Source of the DNA: a phage
Reading direction: 5' to 3' (one strand)
Assembly: GCA_012551655.1 (NCBI GenBank)
Contig: GCA_012551655.1_3034.1
DNA length: 33,627 nucleotides
The notes under the pieces are model-generated. The model searched no databases. It was not told the origin of the DNA and worked only from the letters and a program-made list of their open reading frames with translations. Positions 10,401-17,367 of this stretch are shown in pieces; the stretch's first letter is position 1, and each line of letters begins with the position of its first letter. Both the position numbers and the translations under genes were made by a program.

Positions 10401-10740
10401 TAACGACGTTTATATTCGTTCTGATATTCGTTGTAAGTCGGAAATTAAGCTTATTAAGAACGCTCAAGAGAAATCTAAACTATTGGGCGGTTATACTTAT
10501 CTGCTTAAAAACTCTGTTACAGACGAAGTTAAACCGTCCGCAGGTTTAATTGCTCAGGAAGTTCAAGAAGTATTACCTGAACTTGTTTCTGAAGATAAAG
10601 AGACCGGACTGCTTCGTTTGAACTATAACGGTATTATTGGTTTAAATACAGCTGCAATAAACGAGCATACAGATGAAATCAAGGAATTGAAATCTGAAAT
10701 TGCCGAATTGAAAGCATTAATTAAATCATTGATAAAATAA
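7489..10740 (+). CDS. 37: Long tail fiber distal subunit gp37 (1083 aa) with C-terminal intramolecular-chaperone-like domain
   Basis: Large ORF after 36, N-terminus [39 protein letters not shown] typical of gp37; C-terminal ~120 aa ([10 protein letters not shown]...[15 protein letters not shown]...coiled coil) resembles auto-cleaved fiber chaperone domains. Confidence 0.95.
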   Translation: [1083 protein letters not shown]

Positions 10741-10745
10741 TAAAA

Positions 10746-10759
10746 GGGCCTTCGGGCCC
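10746..10759 (+). other. GGGCC-UUCG-GGCCC RNA hairpin at the 37-38 junction (no U-tract)
   Basis: Perfect 5-bp GC stem with UUCG tetraloop 6 nt after the 37 stop, followed by SD ggagg and the 38 ATG. Confidence 0.5.
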
Positions 10760-10770
10760 TGGAGGTTTAT

Positions 10771-11550
10771 ATGGCAGTAGTAGGAATCCCTGGTTGGATT
10801 GGGACTTCAGCCGTTGCTGAAACGGGACAAAGATGGATGACGGCTGCTTCAAGGGAACTTCGTTTAGGAAACCCTTCATGGATGTCCCAATTCGCGGGCC
10901 GTTCAAGAGAAATAATTCACACACTTGGAGCAGACCATAACTTCAATGGTCAATGGTTCCGAGATAGATGTTTTGAGGCAGGTAGTGCACCTATAGTGTT
11001 TAATATCACCGGAAATTTGGTATCATATAGTAAAGATGTTCCATTATTCTTTATGTATGGCGATACGCCAAATGAATATGTTACTTTGAATATTCATGGC
11101 GGAGTTCATATGTGGGGACGAGGTGGTAACGGTACTGTAAACGGAAACCCAGGCACTAATGGTGGCGATGTAATCCAAAATGATATCGGCGGAAGACTTC
11201 GTATTTGGAACTATGGCGTTATTGCATCAGGCGGTGGCGGTGGTGGTGCAGTGTCATTACAGAATAGCTGGGCACCAAATGCTACAGCAGGTGGCGGTGG
11301 TGGTAGACCGTTTGGCATCGGCGGAGGCGGCGTTAATTGGCCGGGTGGTAATGCTAGTTATGACGCGCCCGGCGGTGCCGGTTACACTTCCCAATTCGGC
11401 GGAGGCAATGGCGGTGATGCTGGAGGTCGGGGTGGAGATGGATGGGGTAATCACTTATCTAGATCCGGCGGTGGTGCTCCAGGTAGAGCGGTATTCGGTT
11501 CTTCACCATCATGGGGTGCAACAGGCACGATCTACGGTTCCTGGATTTAA
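10771..11550 (+). CDS. 38: gp38 receptor-binding adhesin of the T2/T6 type (259 aa, glycine-rich motifs)
   Basis: N-terminus [23 protein letters not shown]... and C-terminal half with poly-glycine blocks ([43 protein letters not shown]) as in T2-type gp38; the T4-type gp38 is a 183-aa chaperone. Confidence 0.9.
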   Translation: MAVVGIPGWIGTSAVAETGQRWMTAASRELRLGNPSWMSQFAGRSREIIHTLGADHNFNGQWFRDRCFEAGSAPIVFNITGNLVSYSKDVPLFFMYGDTPNEYVTLNIHGGVHMWGRGGNGTVNGNPGTNGGDVIQNDIGGRLRIWNYGVIASGGGGGGAVSLQNSWAPNATAGGGGGRPFGIGGGGVNWPGGNASYDAPGGAGYTSQFGGGNGGDAGGRGGDGWGNHLSRSGGGAPGRAVFGSSPSWGATGTIYGSWI

Positions 11551-11569
11551 ATGGTAATACCTCTCAGCA

Positions 11570-11577
11570 TATAAATA
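11570..11577 (+). promoter_or_regulatory. Late promoter for holin gene t
   Basis: TATAAATA 19 nt upstream of the t ATG; SD aaggagg. Confidence 0.7.
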
Positions 11578-11595
11578 TCCTTAAAAGGAGGGTCT

Positions 11596-12252
11596 ATGGC
11601 AGCACCTAGAATATCACTTTCGCCCTCTGATATTCTATTTGGTGTTCTAGATCGCTTGTTCAAAGATAACGCTACCGGGAAAGTTCTTGCTTCCCGGGTA
11701 GCTGTCGTAATTCTTTTGTTTATGATGGCGATTGTTTGGTATAGGGGAGATAGTTTCTTTGAGTACTATAAGCAATCAAAGTATGAAACATACAGTGAAA
11801 TTATTGAAAAGGAAAGAAATGCACGCTTTGAATCTGTCGCCCTGGAACAACTCCAGATAGTTCACATATCATCTGAGGCAGACTTTAGTGCGGTGTATTC
11901 TTTCCGCCCTAAAAACTTAAACTATTTTGTTGATATTATAGCATATGAAGGAAAATTACCTTCAACAATAAGTGAAAAATCACTTGGAGGATATCCTGTT
12001 GATAAAACTATGGATGAATATGCAGTTCATTTAAATGGACGTCATTATTATTCCAACTCAAAATTTGCTTTTTTACCAACTAAAAAGCCTACTCCCGAAA
12101 TAAACTACATGTACAGTTGTCCATATTTTAATTTGGATAATATCTATGCTGGAACGATAACCATGTACTGGTATAGAAATGATCATATAAGTAATGACCG
12201 CCTTGAATCAATATGTGCTCAGGCGGCCAGAATATTAGGAAGGGCTAAATAA
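11596..12252 (+). CDS. t: Holin T (218 aa)
   Basis: MAAPRISLSPSDILFGVLDRLFKDNATGK... with one N-terminal TMD and large periplasmic domain; size and sequence as recalled for T4 holin; follows 38. Confidence 0.9.
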   Translation: MAAPRISLSPSDILFGVLDRLFKDNATGKVLASRVAVVILLFMMAIVWYRGDSFFEYYKQSKYETYSEIIEKERNARFESVALEQLQIVHISSEADFSAVYSFRPKNLNYFVDIIAYEGKLPSTISEKSLGGYPVDKTMDEYAVHLNGRHYYSNSKFAFLPTKKPTPEINYMYSCPYFNLDNIYAGTITMYWYRNDHISNDRLESICAQAARILGRAK

Positions 12253-12525
12253 TTATTTGTTCGTATACATCTCTAGATATCGATATACACCCTCAAAACC
12301 CTCGTTGAATTCGTCGATGAGGGTTTTCTTATCTTCCTGAGTTAATTCAGAAACAATTTTACGGAATGAATTCTGATTTAATTTTCTACCTTCATGCGTT
12401 ACTCCAATCTCATTCAGAAATGCAATAAAATTAGCACGATTTTCAACAATATCTTCTCTGGAAAATTTAATCAAAATAGACGCAACAGTAATAATTTCAC
12501 GAACTGTATCAATATTTTTATTCAT
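12253..12525 (-). CDS. asiA: AsiA anti-sigma70 factor (90 aa)
   Basis: MNKNIDTVREIITVASILIKFSREDIVENRANFIAFLNEIGV... matches recalled T4 AsiA; 90 aa. Confidence 0.9.
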   Translation of the reverse strand: MNKNIDTVREIITVASILIKFSREDIVENRANFIAFLNEIGVTHEGRKLNQNSFRKIVSELTQEDKKTLIDEFNEGFEGVYRYLEMYTNK

Positions 12526-12537
12526 TAACTATACCAC

Positions 12538-12690
12538 TCAATTAGTTGACTTTGTTATAATATCATCAGACGCTTGATTTGTAAACTGGTCTGTGTTATT
12601 TTCTTCAAAAATTTTTTCTACGAATTCCTTGAACGACTCGCGTTCCTGAGCTGCATTATGCTCGATTACCTTTTCAAGATTATGACTCAT
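12538..12690 (-). CDS. Hypothetical acidic 50-aa protein between arn and asiA
   Basis: ATG at 12690-12688 overlaps the arn stop (ATGA); MSHNLEKVIEHNAAQERESFKEFVEKIFEENNTDQFTNQASDDIITKSTN; not in the ORF track (<60 aa). Confidence 0.35.
   Translation of the reverse strand: MSHNLEKVIEHNAAQERESFKEFVEKIFEENNTDQFTNQASDDIITKSTN
12557..12586 (-). promoter_or_regulatory. T4-type early promoter for asiA
   Basis: Minus strand GTTTAC (12586-12581), 18-bp spacer, TATTAT (12562-12557); lies inside the upstream small ORF. Confidence 0.55.
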
Positions 12691-12965
12691 TCGAAATAAT
12701 CTTCAATTTCGTAATCATGGACGTAAATCATTATAGTTTTTAATACATCATCAATACTTTTTCCTGGAGCTGGAATTACGTAAAAATATCCTGCTTTTGA
12801 GAGGTCTTTATAAGTTCCAACCAAGAAATCATTATTCTCGAGATGTAATTCTTCAACTAATTCATTAACAATTGAATGGTATAAATTTGGTAGAAACTTA
12901 TATAGCTTTTCTAGAATATCAATTTTGATTGTGTATTGAACCACAGACTGAGAATCAATAATCAT
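12687..12965 (-). CDS. arn: Arn anti-restriction protein (McrBC inhibitor), 92 aa
   Basis: 92-aa acidic ORF immediately upstream of asiA, size and position as T4 arn; sequence identity recalled only loosely. Confidence 0.75.
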   Translation of the reverse strand: MIIDSQSVVQYTIKIDILEKLYKFLPNLYHSIVNELVEELHLENNDFLVGTYKDLSKAGYFYVIPAPGKSIDDVLKTIMIYVHDYEIEDYFE

Positions 12966-13048
12966 AGACCTTCCCCTTGTGTTTCTGTTTGCGATTAGAT
13001 TCTTTAAACGCTTTCTTCTTATCTTTATGAACAGAAGCTTTATTAAAA

Positions 13049-13267
13049 TTATGCTTTGCGACTAAATTGTTCATAGTGCTGAATTACCTCTCTCAAACAT
13101 TTGCATGTGAATGAAAACTTTTTAGCTACACCACATTCAAATATGTGTTCTCTTAAATCACGTGTATCAGTATATCCCATCTCAACAATAAAATGCCGTA
13201 TTAGATTTTTATCTTTATCATTGAGAGAATTAAAATAATCAGATTTTGAATTAATTTCCCTGGCCAA
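13049..13267 (-). CDS. Hypothetical 72-aa protein (arn.x-like), probable TTG start
   Basis: ORF with SD aaggtga 5-6 nt before TTG at 13267; Cys-rich (ECGVAKKFSFTCKC); no ATG near the 5' end, so start uncertain. Confidence 0.4.
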   Translation of the reverse strand: MAREINSKSDYFNSLNDKDKNLIRHFIVEMGYTDTRDLREHIFECGVAKKFSFTCKCLREVIQHYEQFSRKA

Positions 13268-13547
13268 ATTGAATCACCTTCAGTTGACGTTTTAATTCTT
13301 TTATCATTTCTTCGTTCATCGCAATATAAAGATCGCGTAAAGCGGGTTTTAGCATTCCATTTACCGGAAAACTAAATGGGCATACATAATCTTTTCCTAC
13401 AAGCTTTTTAGTTAATTCCATATCACAGAACTGAAATGCCGGTTCATTGGCATAAATTCCCCAATTAGTTGACATCATTTTATTGGCATATTCCAACGCC
13501 TGGATTTGATTCATAATTCCATCAATTTGAAACTTTTTAATATTCAT
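13251..13547 (-). CDS. Hypothetical 98-aa protein
   Basis: ATG with GAGGA SD, start overlaps upstream stop by 1 nt; sits in the T4 arn.1-arn.4 position. Confidence 0.6.
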   Translation of the reverse strand: MNIKKFQIDGIMNQIQALEYANKMMSTNWGIYANEPAFQFCDMELTKKLVGKDYVCPFSFPVNGMLKPALRDLYIAMNEEMIKELKRQLKVIQFGQGN

Positions 13548-14008
13548 TAGTAAAGGTCCTCAGAGTAAAGTTCTTTTTCACTACCACCACGTTCAATACG
13601 TACTTGTCCAGCGTAAGTTGCAATAATCATTGCTTCTTCACGTGTCCAATAATTACTATATTGGTCAATAAATCCTTGGTCATCATCGCAAACTTGCTGA
13701 GTAACTAATTGAGGTTTAACTACATCTAAAACTTCTGCCATATCTTTAGAATAATGACGAGCACCTGGAATAATAAGAGTTCGTCCATCTTTTAATTTAA
13801 AACGATTGGCTGCGCAAACAATCCGTCGTTGATACTTTTGGTTTTCATCCCAATATGCAGTCTGCCAACAGATTTCAGGAACTTCTTTCAGAATATCTTC
13901 TTCTGTGCATTTATAACCATGCGCTTTAAATTTTTCAACAAGACTTTCTGGAGTCTCACGAGATAAAGGAACATTCAGCATTTTTAAACGATTAATAAAT
14001 GGGTTCAT
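13547..14008 (-). CDS. Hypothetical 153-aa protein
   Basis: ATG at 14008 overlaps upstream stop (ATGA); SD-like ggatgg; no motif I can name. Confidence 0.6.
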   Translation of the reverse strand: MNPFINRLKMLNVPLSRETPESLVEKFKAHGYKCTEEDILKEVPEICWQTAYWDENQKYQRRIVCAANRFKLKDGRTLIIPGARHYSKDMAEVLDVVKPQLVTQQVCDDDQGFIDQYSNYWTREEAMIIATYAGQVRIERGGSEKELYSEDLY

Positions 14009-14334
14009 TTAAACCATCCTTTAATACGCTGCCACAAAGTTTTCTGTTGAGCTTTGTTAACACCAATTGAACGAATAACTGGTTGAGATTCCTGGAATTC
14101 TTTATAATCAGCAAGGTAAATTTCGTAAGCTGCATCCGTAAATGAACTTATCGCTGCCATAAAATTATTGCGAATACCTACTGGAGCATCTTTACTTTCA
14201 CGAATAATCATGTATTTACCAGTCTTAATCTTTACAATAGTTCCAAGATAAGCTCCATGGTACCAAATATCCCAACCCTCTTGAGTAGGTTCTGCACAAC
14301 GACGAAGTTCATTGACAATTTCTAACTTGTTCAT
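14005..14334 (-). CDS. Hypothetical 109-aa protein (motA.1 position)
   Basis: ATG with GAGGA SD, 10 nt downstream of the motA stop. Confidence 0.6.
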   Translation of the reverse strand: MNKLEIVNELRRCAEPTQEGWDIWYHGAYLGTIVKIKTGKYMIIRESKDAPVGIRNNFMAAISSFTDAAYEIYLADYKEFQESQPVIRSIGVNKAQQKTLWQRIKGWFK

Positions 14335-14344
14335 TATTTATTCC

Positions 14345-14980
14345 TCACAGTTCAGATGCTACAGTGATTACTGCTTCAATGTTTTCTACCGAGCGTTTAA
14401 TGTCAAGATACACATTACCGTTTTTAGCGATTTTACATGACATTCCGATGTCAGTAAATTTCTGAATATGATGTTCCATCATTTTATATCCAAAAATTCG
14501 CATATTTCCATTGTTGTTAATTTCAAAATTACGAATTCCGTGAGTGCGTTTTTCTAAAATAGCGAGATAGTTACTGCGATAAGTTTCAACCTTTTTAAGA
14601 ACAAATCCATTTTCATCTAAAAGTTTTAACATGAGGTCTTTATCTTCTTCCATATCGGAAGTAATCTCACGAGCTTTACGAGTTGCTCGTTTTTTCAGCA
14701 GTTCCGGAGCATTTTCCTGTGCGTATAAAGTTGCTGCATTTGAAATAATATCCTGAGCTTCACCTGTAATGATTAATCCATCACCAGATTTCTCCACCAG
14801 GCCTTTTTTAATCAATACCCCAATATTACTATTAACTACTGCGTTACCTAAATCTGGATGCACCTCACGAACTTCTGCAGCTGTAATGAAATCTTTCTTA
14901 GCAATGGTAATTAAAATCGCAGCAGTTTTTTCATTCAGAACATCGTTAGAAGCTTTGATGATGTAAGTTACTTTAGACAT
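14345..14980 (-). CDS. motA: MotA middle-transcription activator (211 aa)
   Basis: MSKVTYIIKASNDVLNEKTAAILITIAKKDFITAAEVREVHPDLG... matches recalled T4 MotA; 211 aa. Confidence 0.9.
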   Translation of the reverse strand: MSKVTYIIKASNDVLNEKTAAILITIAKKDFITAAEVREVHPDLGNAVVNSNIGVLIKKGLVEKSGDGLIITGEAQDIISNAATLYAQENAPELLKKRATRKAREITSDMEEDKDLMLKLLDENGFVLKKVETYRSNYLAILEKRTHGIRNFEINNNGNMRIFGYKMMEHHIQKFTDIGMSCKIAKNGNVYLDIKRSVENIEAVITVASEL

Positions 14981-15006
14981 TTTGTTTCTCCGTAGTTGAT
15001 AAGACT

Positions 15007-15036
15007 ATAATACCATAAGTTAAAGCAGAAGTAAAC
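15007..15036 (-). promoter_or_regulatory. T4-type early promoter for motA
   Basis: GTTTAC (15036-15031), 18-bp spacer, TATTAT (15012-15007), conserved leader tatcaactacggag, then ATG. Confidence 0.55.
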
Positions 15037-15044
15037 TTTATTTT

Positions 15045-15064
15045 GAGCTCTTTTTCAAGAGCTC
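15045..15064. other. Perfect 8-bp inverted repeat GAGCTCTT/AAGAGCTC (hairpin) between the 71-aa ORF and the motA promoter
   Basis: Seen directly; 4-nt loop; no flanking U-tract on either strand. Confidence 0.5.
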
Positions 15065-15077
15065 TGGTAAAAATTAC

Positions 15078-15293
15078 TTAGATTGATAGGTCTTTAATCT
15101 TAGCTATTAAAACAGCTTTTCCTTCACGAAGTTTTTCCAGTTTACGACCATTAGAGCCGCGAACTACTAAGGAATTTATCTCCACTTCCAACCAATTTAG
15201 TTTTTCAACTAGTTCTTTACGTTTAGCATTCATGCCGGGTTTAACTTTACCGAAACGGGTGGTAGCGTTTTGAGTATTTTTCATCTTATTCAT
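15078..15293 (-). CDS. Hypothetical basic 71-aa protein
   Basis: ATG at 15293 with GGAGA SD, downstream of an early promoter; K/R-rich. Confidence 0.55.
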   Translation of the reverse strand: MNKMKNTQNATTRFGKVKPGMNAKRKELVEKLNWLEVEINSLVVRGSNGRKLEKLREGKAVLIAKIKDLSI

Positions 15294-15335
15294 TTTAATC
15301 TCCAGTTATTTTTCTGTATCAGTAGTTGATAGTTG

Positions 15336-15365
15336 TATAGTACCATGGAATGCTTTGGTTGTAAA
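15336..15365 (-). promoter_or_regulatory. T4-type early promoter
   Basis: GTTTAC (15365-15360), 18-bp spacer, TACTAT (15341-15336), conserved leader tatcaactactga. Confidence 0.5.
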
Positions 15366-15374
15366 CCGTTTTGT

Positions 15375-15417
15375 GAAAAAAAAAATTTAAATAAAAAAGG
15401 GAGAGCCGAGGCTCTCC
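15375..15417 (-). terminator. Rho-independent terminator (minus strand) downstream of 52 and the 49-aa ORF
   Basis: Minus-strand GGGAGAGCC-(uc)-GGCUCUCCC stem followed by UUUUUUAUUUAAAUUUUUUUUUU. Confidence 0.7.
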
Positions 15418-15423
15418 CTAAAA

Positions 15424-15573
15424 TTACTGCATGACTGTGATAACTGTCATGATAACACGTTGAATTCCGAACGCAAGAAGACCTCCTGCTACGGCTGGAA
15501 CAACGCCTAAACCTGCCAGTAAAATGCTACCAGATACTAATGCAGCGCTTGTAATACCTATGAATGGACTCAT
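15424..15573 (-). CDS. Hypothetical 49-aa hydrophobic (Gly/Ala-rich) membrane peptide, 52.1-like position
   Basis: ATG at 15573 overlaps the gene 52 stop (ATGA); MSPFIGITSAALVSGSILLAGLGVVPAVAGGLLAFGIQRVIMTVITVMQ; not in the ORF track. Confidence 0.45.
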   Translation of the reverse strand: MSPFIGITSAALVSGSILLAGLGVVPAVAGGLLAFGIQRVIMTVITVMQ

Positions 15574-16898
15574 TTGATTTCCTCTAAATCTTTGGTGTAT
15601 TCTGTAACTACATCAGTAGTTTTCCAATATTCGTTTTCTTCTTTTTTAGCTTTAGCTTCTTCAGCAAGTTTCTTCGCTTCATCGGAAGTCATATGAAAAA
15701 TATTCATTCCAACTAGTTTATCAACATAAGAAGAATACATATCGATTTTCGAAAGTTCTTCGGTCAGTTCTTTACGAGTTTTACCCTGTACAACAATTTC
15801 ACCTGAAATTACTTTCTTAATGAAATGTGCCTTGGCAAAGGCTAAACGAAAAGCAGATTCAGTTTCTTTAATTTTGTTATCAATTCGTTTTTGGACATAA
15901 GTTTTACGAACTTCAACAAAGTCTTTAATTAAATCAACTACGTTATCGTAAACTTGTAGTTTTCCTTTCTCATTAATAACCGTAATATTCTGAGAACGAC
16001 GCTCAATCAACCCGAAGTCTTTCATAATTTTTGCATGACGTTCTTCTTCATTATCGCTCAAAGAATATTCTTTGCGGAATTTAACTTTGAATCCAAAACC
16101 ATGCTCACCACAAGCATCATCCCATGTAATGAAGCCTTTATCTTCAAGTGGGTCTAAGATTTTACTCACATAAGTTTCACGATCATACTTATACGGAATC
16201 TCAGTGATATGCATTTGAGTTCGTGAAGTAAACTTATATGTTCCACGAATTTCATATTGCCCATCAATTTCAACGACTTCACCGCGAAATTCTGGGAATT
16301 CTACCTTCGGTTTAGTTACTTTCTTTCCTTGAAGAGCTTGCAGTACAGCTTTCTTAACAGAAGAAACACTATGAGGAAGAATGTAAGTTGCATAACCAGT
16401 TGCAATACCGGAAACGCCATTAAGAAGAACAGTAGGAATAATAGGCAAATAGAAAGCAGGCGGAATGTGTTCTTTATCTTGATGTACCGGAGCATATTCA
16501 GTATCTTTATATACGTTATAGAAATTTTTACTTACACGAGCAAAAATATAACGACTTGCTGCTGCTTTTTGAACGGTACGAGAACCAAAGTTTCCTTGAC
16601 CATCTAACAGAGGAAAGTTATTATTCCAAGTATTAGCCATCAAAGCACCTGCATCTTGTGCAGAGTTTTCGCCATGGTGATATCCAAGGTCTGCTACACC
16701 ACCTGCAATAGAAGCGAGTTTGTGAAACTTATCTTTATTTCCTCGTGCCAAATCAAGAGCTCGAGCAATAACAAATCGTTGAACTGGCTTAAATCCATCA
16801 ATCATATTTGGAATGGCACGATTTTCAACCGTGTACATAGCATAAGCCAATGCTTCATTATCAATGATACTTTTTAAATCGCGATTATTCAGTTGCAT
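15570..16898 (-). CDS. 52: DNA topoisomerase II medium subunit gp52 (GyrA-like, 442 aa)
   Basis: 442 aa as T4 gp52; AAASRYIF active-site-Tyr-like motif; position downstream of ac/stp and upstream of motA. Confidence 0.9.
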   Translation of the reverse strand: MQLNNRDLKSIIDNEALAYAMYTVENRAIPNMIDGFKPVQRFVIARALDLARGNKDKFHKLASIAGGVADLGYHHGENSAQDAGALMANTWNNNFPLLDGQGNFGSRTVQKAAASRYIFARVSKNFYNVYKDTEYAPVHQDKEHIPPAFYLPIIPTVLLNGVSGIATGYATYILPHSVSSVKKAVLQALQGKKVTKPKVEFPEFRGEVVEIDGQYEIRGTYKFTSRTQMHITEIPYKYDRETYVSKILDPLEDKGFITWDDACGEHGFGFKVKFRKEYSLSDNEEERHAKIMKDFGLIERRSQNITVINEKGKLQVYDNVVDLIKDFVEVRKTYVQKRIDNKIKETESAFRLAFAKAHFIKKVISGEIVVQGKTRKELTEELSKIDMYSSYVDKLVGMNIFHMTSDEAKKLAEEAKAKKEENEYWKTTDVVTEYTKDLEEIK

Positions 16899-16902
16899 AA
16901 AT

Positions 16903-17043
16903 TTACCATACTAGTGAATGTAGTGCCATAATAACATCAGAAATGAAAAGCACGACTTGAATTAATCCGAACATTATTCCGTGATATAACGCTACCAATA
17001 AAGTAGCAAGGGCTAGTGAATAGCCCAAGATTTTCTTAATCAT
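16903..17043 (-). CDS. Hypothetical 46-aa hydrophobic membrane peptide immediately upstream of 52
   Basis: MIKKILGYSLALATLLVALYHGIMFGLIQVVLFISDVIMALHSLVW; stop 4 nt before the 52 ATG (52 has no good SD, so coupling is plausible); own SD weak. Confidence 0.4.
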   Translation of the reverse strand: MIKKILGYSLALATLLVALYHGIMFGLIQVVLFISDVIMALHSLVW

Positions 17044-17194
17044 TAGTAGATAACAACACAAATGTTAAATATGCACACATACCCTGGGCTAAAGCTTGTG
17101 AAAACACACTGCTAGCATCGATACAGATAGTTAAAACACATGCTACTATCCAACAAATAAATGAAATAACTCCTAATAATTTTGCGATATTCAT
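17036..17194 (-). CDS. Ac-like small membrane protein, copy 1 (52 aa)
   Basis: Track ORF 17036..17224 trimmed to ATG at 17194 with GAGGAG SD; MNIAKLLGVISFICWIVACVLTICIDASSVFSQALAQGMCAYLTFVLLSTND; size and position of T4 ac. Confidence 0.55.
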   Translation of the reverse strand: MNIAKLLGVISFICWIVACVLTICIDASSVFSQALAQGMCAYLTFVLLSTND

Positions 17195-17204
17195 AATATT
17201 CTCC

Positions 17205-17360
17205 TCAACTATTTTTAGAACCAATGTACGCGAATAATGATAAAATCGCTAATACGCCCTGAGCAGATGCTTGCAAAAATACTGAAGTTTCTCCAGTTAT
17301 TACTGTTCCGATGCATAAAAAGAACCAACAGAAAAAGGCTATACCGTGAACAAGTTTCAT
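17205..17360 (-). CDS. Ac-like small membrane protein, copy 2 (51 aa), paralog of copy 1
   Basis: ATG at 17360 with GAGGA SD; MKLVHGIAFFCWFFLCIGTVITGETSVFLQASAQGVLAILSLFAYIGSKNS; shares F-x-CW...SVF-Q-A-AQG pattern with copy 1; not in the ORF track. Confidence 0.55.
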   Translation of the reverse strand: MKLVHGIAFFCWFFLCIGTVITGETSVFLQASAQGVLAILSLFAYIGSKNS

Positions 17361-17367
17361 ATTTTCC

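Noticed and set aside
10746-10759. Hairpin at the 37-38 junction as a transcription terminator
   Set aside because: No U-tract follows on the plus strand and gene 38 must be transcribed through it; kept as an RNA structure only.
11180-11557. 125-aa plus-strand ORF overlapping gene 38 in another frame (also 11257..11454 minus)
   Set aside because: Lies wholly within the GC-rich glycine-codon repeats of gene 38, which keep alternative frames open; no independent start signal.
12955-13074. 39-aa basic ORF (MNNLVAKHNFNKASVHKDKKK...) overlapping arn start and the 72-aa ORF end
   Set aside because: SD poorly spaced, overlaps two neighbours in different frames; cannot be supported from sequence alone.
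16257-16607. Plus-strand ORFs inside minus-strand genes 52, rIIB, rIIA, 39, dda and others (e.g. 14769..14966, 16257..16607, 16656..16877, 20547..20845, 20959..21153, 21665..21859, 24201..24704, 25072..25254, 31181..31405, 31862..32077)
   Set aside because: Antisense to recognised genes in a region where every identified gene is on the minus strand; AT-rich antisense frames open by chance.
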